Shown here: piece by piece, positions 58,474 to 64,000 of the stretch | Numbering within the stretch: position 1 is the first letter of the stretch | Layout: each line of letters opens with the position of its first letter | Assembly (NCBI GenBank): GCA_947478395.1 | Contig: CANJVR010000001.1 | Span: 288,001 to 352,000 of the forward strand | Direction: 5' to 3' | From: Opitutia bacterium | Lineage (GTDB): Bacteria > Verrucomicrobiota > Verrucomicrobiia > Opitutales > Opitutaceae | DNA length: 64,000 nt | Made by a program: the position numbers and the translations under genes | The notes under the pieces: generated by a model | Told to the model about the DNA's origin: nothing | What the model saw: only the letters and a program-made list of their open reading frames with translations | Databases searched by the model: none

Positions 58474-59566
58474 CCTAGAAGGGGTCAGGTTGCCCATTTC
58501 CCCCTCAGGCGCCGGAGTTCGTCCGGTTGTGGGCTTGCTCGCTTCATCGCCGTCGCAAGGCGGCTAACGTATTTGGCCCGGCCGAATTTCAGACGCTGCC
58601 CCAACCAAACGTTCGAGGCCTGCGTGCGTTCTTTTAGAAAGACTGCAATCGCCACTTTCCACGTCTCAGATTTCGGTCCGACCGCGAGTTCACTGTTACT
58701 TCGTTTTAAAATTTTGAGCGCGCGCCCACAGAGCTCCTCCCAAGCCTGTTCGCGAATCTCATTCGCACCCTGACTTTCCCAAGCGCGGGCCTGCGCCGCC
58801 ACGTTGTGATCTTTGATCAGCGCCGCTTTGAAGCCTGCGCTCCCAACCACCCAGCCTTTGCTGAGCGATGCGTAGGCTCTCGACTTTCCCACCGGGCCCT
58901 CTTCCGCCTGCCATGAGAGATAATCGCGATAACTCGCCCAGCCAGCCGGCGTGTCACTCACCCCACCCGCTTCAGCTAGTACGGTTTCAAACCGCATCCA
59001 AGGCGGACGGGACTTCGGCCTACCACCATACCAGAAGCTCGAATAGCGGTACTCATCCAAATGCTCAACTGCGACCACGCCGGCGCGCACCGGATTGAGG
59101 TGAATGTAGTGGCCGACCATTCCCAAAGGCGCGCCGTCTTCCACGAGCAGCGCCTTGTACCGGCCCTGAAAGAGATGACCGCGTTCGCCGCGCAGTCGAT
59201 TGAATCGATTGGCAAACGTGCCCTGCAACCAATGCATCCCAGCAACAAGATTCCCCAGCGGAGTTTCCACCGCGAGGTGGTAATGATTCCGCATGATCAC
59301 AAACGCGTGGAGCACCCACTCCGACTTCTCGCACGCTTCAAACAGACACCGTTCGAACGCCGCCTTTGCTCCAATCGTCTGAAAAATATCGCGGCGATAA
59401 TTGCCGCGGTTGATCACGTGATAGCAGGCACCGGGAAATTCCAAACGAAGTTTGCGTGGCATCCCTCCACCTCACTCGCCGCCCCTCGCCCAACACCAAC
59501 TTTCCCACGTGATTTCTCCGTTTCAGTTTCAGCGATGGGGAAATGGGCAACCTGACCCCTTCTAGG
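58474..59566 (-). mobile_element. HUH/Y1 transposase element bounded by perfect 30-bp inverted repeats
   Basis: CCTAGAAGGGGTCAGGTTGCCCATTTCCCC at 58474-58503 and its exact reverse complement at 59537-59566. Confidence 0.8.
58485..59462 (-). CDS. REP-associated tyrosine transposase-like protein (Y1_Tnp, IS200 superfamily) with C-terminal extension
   Basis: YHVINRGN, MRNHYHL (HUH), LFQGRY, YIHLNPVRAG, YRYSS. Confidence 0.92.
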   Translation of the reverse strand: MPRKLRLEFPGACYHVINRGNYRRDIFQTIGAKAAFERCLFEACEKSEWVLHAFVIMRNHYHLAVETPLGNLVAGMHWLQGTFANRFNRLRGERGHLFQGRYKALLVEDGAPLGMVGHYIHLNPVRAGVVAVEHLDEYRYSSFWYGGRPKSRPPWMRFETVLAEAGGVSDTPAGWASYRDYLSWQAEEGPVGKSRAYASLSKGWVVGSAGFKAALIKDHNVAAQARAWESQGANEIREQAWEELCGRALKILKRSNSELAVGPKSETWKVAIAVFLKERTQASNVWLGQRLKFGRAKYVSRLATAMKRASPQPDELRRLRGKWAT

Positions 59567-59768
59567 CTGCTCCAATCGTCTGAAAAATATCGCGGCGATA
59601 ATTGCCGCGGTTGATCACGTGATAGCAGGCACCGGGAAATTCTAAACGAAGTTTGCGTGGCATCCCTCCACCTCACTCGCCGCCCCTCGCCCAACACCAA
59701 CTTTCCCGCGCGATTTCTCCGTTTCAGTTTCAGCGATGGGGAAATGGGCAACCTGACCCCTTCTAGGC
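59367..59768. repeat. 201-bp tandem near-duplication of the transposase 5' end, upstream region and IR
   Basis: 59367-59567 vs 59568-59768 with 3 substitutions seen; third IR copy at 59738-59767. Confidence 0.93.
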
Positions 59769-59847
59769 TGCCTCTTCACTTTCCCGGACACCGTTGGGAT
59801 TGGTGGATTGGTGGGTCCCGTCGGCTTGGTCGCCCCTTCGGCTCGGC

Positions 59848-60636
59848 CTATCTCGAGAATTGAGGAGGTTCGATGACAAAAACTTTTCGTATATTGTCGA
59901 TTCTAAACCCCTTCTCAAAATGCATATCCACCAACCGACGCTTAGAGTCCCACACCAACACAGCCTTCTTGCCCCATTTCATGAGAATGGTTTCTCTAAA
60001 TGCTCCATCCGGGAGCGCCATTTCTATTCTATTAAGGACAAGGCTGGGATCAATTTCCACCGAATATTCTTCAAGTGCGTATGGCAGCTTATGATCAAGT
60101 ATGTTGCCGTTTTTATCGATAATATAATATCCGATCGATCCGTTTGCCAGCTCCTGTTCAATATGAAGATTGTCTCCCTCTAAAAAATATCGAATCGTAT
60201 AGCCATCAATTTTCTTTTCATAACAACCGTTCTGCTTAATAGTTTCTCGATTTCCAGCTGTTTCAGCCTCCCACTTGTTATCACCCGATAACTGCTTATT
60301 CAAACGTTCCCCTGCATTTGTCTCAGCTCGCGTTTTCCAGCGCTCAAGGACTTCTACCGAGTATCTAGAGGAATCCGAATCGATCAGTTTCGCACAAGTT
60401 TGGCAGAGCCAAATCCCATTTCCAATCCCACTACGCTCATTTGCACCTAGATTTGCATTGAATCTTGGTCCATTCGGCGAGGCAGCCGTGATATGGGCTG
60501 CGACACCGAGGTTTGTAACCGATGCGGGATCAGTGTGCGGCCCGACGGTGGCCATCAAACAATCCGGATTGGAACAAAGAAAACCAACACGCCTGCCTAG
60601 AGCGTCTTTTATCTTGGTCGGGAAGTCGTCTCTCAT
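59848..60636 (-). CDS. HNH-like endonuclease domain fused to an unknown C-terminal domain
   Basis: RDDF...CSNPDC...AAHITAAS-x-x-GPR...NGIWLCQTCAKLID; low GC. Confidence 0.8.
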   Translation of the reverse strand: MRDDFPTKIKDALGRRVGFLCSNPDCLMATVGPHTDPASVTNLGVAAHITAASPNGPRFNANLGANERSGIGNGIWLCQTCAKLIDSDSSRYSVEVLERWKTRAETNAGERLNKQLSGDNKWEAETAGNRETIKQNGCYEKKIDGYTIRYFLEGDNLHIEQELANGSIGYYIIDKNGNILDHKLPYALEEYSVEIDPSLVLNRIEMALPDGAFRETILMKWGKKAVLVWDSKRRLVDMHFEKGFRIDNIRKVFVIEPPQFSR

Positions 60637-60716
60637 AGAACTACAAAGAAGATATTACACAAGGTTCTGAGCCCGCGTCGCAGCACCTCGATACCATATT
60701 GAATTAAGAAGCGAGT

Positions 60717-61418
60717 TCATGCTCGCAGGGTCTTCTTCTGAACCCAAGTCGAACCTTCTGGCCTAATTGTCAATACATCGACGGGACCACCTACCGTCTT
60801 GAGCCGATTCTGAAATCGAAGCGTCCCAATAGTCGCAGCCATGCCAAACATGGCAAAATCGATAGCATCTTGTAACGAAAAGAAATTCCAAGGAATAGGA
60901 AATGATTCCAACTCCTGCGATGGTCGCTTATCTGAGCCACTCAACCAACAGGGCTGCACGAGCCTTATCAGCACATCTTTCTCACCATCCCAATTCGCGC
61001 CTTGATCAAAAGCGGGGTTCACTTCGCTGACCTCACCCGACAGCGTTAGCACGCGATATATTCGCTGCTTATTTTCTATATCATACCCGGCGACGTGAAA
61101 TGTGCTATTCAACGCAGGGCTCAGAGCTTTAAAGTAGATCAATAGGTTGCGCGCAACGTCGCCGACACGCACATCATTGTTTTGAATTATAAACTGATCA
61201 ATAAAACCCGCGATCGGCTTTCCTTGAATACCAGCATCTCCACATGTTGATATACCCACTCCGTTCTTTGTGCAAAAAAGCTTATTGGTTGAGTTGGAGA
61301 AATCGAATGACAGCACTTTCTCATTCGGCGCTTCGCCAACCTTCGTATTTAGCGTGAGCCGGCTATCTGCTGCCATCACCACCCCCTCATTCGTGTAGAC
61401 CGTTATTATCAGACTCAT
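60717..61418 (-). CDS. Proteasome-beta/Ntn-hydrolase-like protein
   Basis: MSLII...EGVVMAADSR...NK...CGDA...VAGY...VGGPVDV; low GC. Confidence 0.75.
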   Translation of the reverse strand: MSLIITVYTNEGVVMAADSRLTLNTKVGEAPNEKVLSFDFSNSTNKLFCTKNGVGISTCGDAGIQGKPIAGFIDQFIIQNNDVRVGDVARNLLIYFKALSPALNSTFHVAGYDIENKQRIYRVLTLSGEVSEVNPAFDQGANWDGEKDVLIRLVQPCWLSGSDKRPSQELESFPIPWNFFSLQDAIDFAMFGMAATIGTLRFQNRLKTVGGPVDVLTIRPEGSTWVQKKTLRA

Positions 61419-61477
61419 TTTTTAGAGTGGCCTACGCACTATTATATCTTCCGCCAGTATTCTTTTTTGATATATTA

Positions 61478-61505
61478 AAAAGGCCCGACTTTCGTCGGGC
61501 CTTTT
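61478..61505. terminator. Bidirectional Rho-independent terminator downstream of nrdA
   Basis: aaaaggcccgac-tttc-gtcgggcctttt perfect stem. Confidence 0.9.
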
Positions 61506-61515
61506 CAGCTATAAA

Positions 61516-64000
61516 TTACTGGCAGGCTTCACATTCGCCCCCGTTGCGCATCGCTTCGATGCTGCAGGCGGTTTTTTCAGCCGCACTATATTCTTTCTTA
61601 GCCGTCGCTGCGGGAGCCGCGCCGGACATCGCGAACGGCGGGGCGGTGATCTCGGCGGCGTGGGTGCCACCCGCGTCGCCGGAGTTTTGGCCGCCGCTGG
61701 CGCCTTCGTTCACGGCGCCGCGCATTTCTTTTTTCACGCCGACCGTGGCTTTCTCGATGTTCGAGGCACCGAGGCTGCGGAGGTAATACGTCGTCTTGAG
61801 GCCGGCGTGCCAGGCGTGGCGGTACATGTGACTCAGGGTTTTCAGGTCCGGGGTCTTGATCCAGAGGTTTACCGACTGCGCTTGGTCGATCCACTTCTGA
61901 CGGCGCGCGGCGGCGTCCACGATCCACTTCGCGTCGATGTCGAAGGCCGTAAGATATTTCGCCTTCAGGTCCGCCGGGATGCGCGTGATGTCCTTCAGCT
62001 CGCCGTCGAAGTACTTGAGGTTGTCGATCATGTCCTGATCCCAGAGTCCGCGGGCTTTCAGATCTTTCACGAGGAACGGATTCAGCACGATGAACTCGCC
62101 CGATAGATTCGATTTCACGAACAGGTTCTTGTACGTGGGCTCGATGCAGGGGGACGTGTTCGTGATGTTCGAGATCGTCGCGGTGGGCGCGATCGCGAGG
62201 ACGTTGGAATTGCGCATGCCTTGCTTCGCGATCTTCGCGCGCAGGGGCGCCCAATCCATCTTGCCGCCGCGGGGCACGTCGACGGGGACGCCGCGTTCCT
62301 GTTCGAGGAGGTCAACGGTGTCCTGCGGGAGCAGGCCGCGATCCCACTTCGAGCCTTTGTAGCTGGAGTAGGTGCCGCGCTCGGCCGCGAGGTCGCTGCT
62401 GGCTTCGTACGCGTAGTAGGCGATCGCTTCCATGGCCTCGTCGTTGAAGGCGAGAGCTTCATCGGAGGCGAAGGAGACGCCCTTCATGTAGAGCGCGTTG
62501 GCGAGACCCATGACGCCCATGCCGATCGGACGATGGCGCATGTTCGAGACCTTGGCGGCCTCGGTCGGGTAGAAATTAATATCGATGACGTTGTCGAGCG
62601 CGCGGACCGCCATGCGGATCGTCTCGCGCAGCTTCTGGTGGTCGAGCGAGCCGTCGGCGAGGAGGTGCGTCTCGAGGATAACCGAGCCGAGATTACAGAC
62701 GGCGGTTTCTTCCTTGGAGGTGTTGAGCGTGATCTCGGTGCAGAGATTGGAGGAGTGGATGACGCCAACGTGGTCCTGCGGGGAGCGGACGTTGCAGGCG
62801 TCTTTAAACGTGATCCACGGGTGGCCGGTTTCGAAGATGAGCGAGAGCATCTTCTTCCAGAGATCGAGCGCCTCGACTTTTTGCCCGTAGATTTTCCCTT
62901 CCTCGGCGAGCTTCTCGTAAGCGAGGTAACGCTCTTCGAATTTCTTGCCGAAGGTTTCGTGGAGATCAGGGACTTCGTTGGCGCGGAAAAGCGTCCAGGG
63001 TCCGCGCGCCTCCATGCGCTTCATGAACAGATCGGGAATCCAGTTCGCCGTGTTCATGTCGTGCGTGCGGCGGCGGTCGTCGCCGGTGTTTTTGCGCAGC
63101 TCGAGGAATTCGAAGATGTCGTTGTGCCACGTCTCGAGGTAGGCGCAGCCGGAGCCCTTGCGTTTGCCGCCCTGGTTGATGGCGACGAGCTGGTCGTTGT
63201 GGAGCTTCAGGAACGGAATGACGCCCTGCGATTCGCCGTTGGTGCCGCCGATGTAGGCGCCCGTGCCCCGGACGGCGGTCCAAGAACCGCCGAGACCGCC
63301 GGCCCATTTGGAGAGATAGGCGTTTTCGGAAATGCCGCGTTGGAAAATGCCCTCGATGGAGTCATCGACGTAGTAAAGATAGCAGGAGCTGAGCTGCGAG
63401 TGGAGCGTGCCGGCGTTGAACAACGTGGGCGTGCTGGAGCAGAAACGGCGGGTCTTGTAGAGCGAGTAGAGACCGATGGCCTTGCCCTCGCGGTCCGTGG
63501 GCTCGTCGAGTGAGAGACCCATGGCGACGCGGATCCAGAAGAACTGGGGCGTCTCGAGGCGGCGCGACGGCTTCTTGGTTTTGTCGATGATGAGGTAGCG
63601 ATCGTAAAGCGTCTGGATACCGAGAAAGTCGAACTCGAGGTCGGAGGACGGATCGAGGGCGGCGGCCATCTTGGTGAGATCGAACTGCAGGAGGCGCGGG
63701 TTGAGGCGCTTGATCGCGACGCCGTGCTCGAGGTATTTTTTGAACGCGCGCTGGTGGAATTCCTTCAGCTTGGCGATGCCGTCGCGCATGATGTCCCAGC
63801 CGAGAACTTCTTCGTAGATGTAAGTGAGCTGGATGCGGCCGGAGAATTTCGCGAAGTCGGCGTCGCGCTCGATCAAAGTTTTCGAGTTTAGCGTGATCGT
63901 GGCGTCGAGGTCCTTTTGAGAAATCTGGTCGTAAACCGCGCGGCGGAGTTCCTGTTCGATTTCCTCGTTGGAGAGGCAGAGATCGAGGCCGATGCGGGCG
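61516..64000 (-). CDS. nrdA: Class I ribonucleoside-diphosphate reductase alpha subunit (5' end outside window)
   Basis: STPTLFNAG, SSCYL, SNLCTEI, IAPTATIS, KTTYYLR (YY pair), C-terminal CEACQ; frame appears open to the window edge. Confidence 0.96.
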   Translation of the reverse strand, partial: ARIGLDLCLSNEEIEQELRRAVYDQISQKDLDATITLNSKTLIERDADFAKFSGRIQLTYIYEEVLGWDIMRDGIAKLKEFHQRAFKKYLEHGVAIKRLNPRLLQFDLTKMAAALDPSSDLEFDFLGIQTLYDRYLIIDKTKKPSRRLETPQFFWIRVAMGLSLDEPTDREGKAIGLYSLYKTRRFCSSTPTLFNAGTLHSQLSSCYLYYVDDSIEGIFQRGISENAYLSKWAGGLGGSWTAVRGTGAYIGGTNGESQGVIPFLKLHNDQLVAINQGGKRKGSGCAYLETWHNDIFEFLELRKNTGDDRRRTHDMNTANWIPDLFMKRMEARGPWTLFRANEVPDLHETFGKKFEERYLAYEKLAEEGKIYGQKVEALDLWKKMLSLIFETGHPWITFKDACNVRSPQDHVGVIHSSNLCTEITLNTSKEETAVCNLGSVILETHLLADGSLDHQKLRETIRMAVRALDNVIDINFYPTEAAKVSNMRHRPIGMGVMGLANALYMKGVSFASDEALAFNDEAMEAIAYYAYEASSDLAAERGTYSSYKGSKWDRGLLPQDTVDLLEQERGVPVDVPRGGKMDWAPLRAKIAKQGMRNSNVLAIAPTATISNITNTSPCIEPTYKNLFVKSNLSGEFIVLNPFLVKDLKARGLWDQDMIDNLKYFDGELKDITRIPADLKAKYLTAFDIDAKWIVDAAARRQKWIDQAQSVNLWIKTPDLKTLSHMYRHAWHAGLKTTYYLRSLGASNIEKATVGVKKEMRGAVNEGASGGQNSGDAGGTHAAEITAPPFAMSGAAPAATAKKEYSAAEKTACSIEAMRNGGECEACQ

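Noticed and set aside
59769..60716. Integron attC sites around the low-GC genes
   Set aside because: No RYYYAAC...GTTRRRY paired boxes in either spacer and no integrase in the window
61516..64000. Intein or intron in nrdA
   Set aside because: Continuous frame with normal motif spacing; the Gly/Ala-rich stretch near the C-terminus looks like a linker

Overview
GC-rich bacterial chromosome segment whose gene content (DUF1592/DUF1552 cassettes, TIGR02989-type ECF sigma with FecR-LamG, Cys-less FmdB) points to Verrucomicrobia, probably Opitutaceae (inference). It holds crcB, a POT peptide transporter, dgkA, LptF/G, a liv-type ABC operon, GH106, a DEAD-box helicase, two convergent DUF1592-DUF1552 operons, GntP, an ECF/anti-sigma/TonB-receptor glycan locus, several esterases, RluA and class I nrdA. 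The most notable items are: (1) an HUH/Y1 (RAYT-like) transposase bounded by perfect 30-bp inverted repeats, with a 201-bp near-duplicate of its upstream end, beside a low-GC pair encoding a proteasome-like Ntn hydrolase and an HNH-like protein; (2) inserts with inverted heptamer-repeat arms at liv operon junctions, one carrying a four-helix-bundle gene and one empty; (3) a four-copy REPIN-like element plus degenerate REP mosaics; (4) a TGCTAACG-N14-GTCATTA promoter motif shared by the ECF sigma gene and the TonB receptor; (5) a WD40 protein with a dead caspase dyad. All calls come from motif recognition by eye; no database searches were run.
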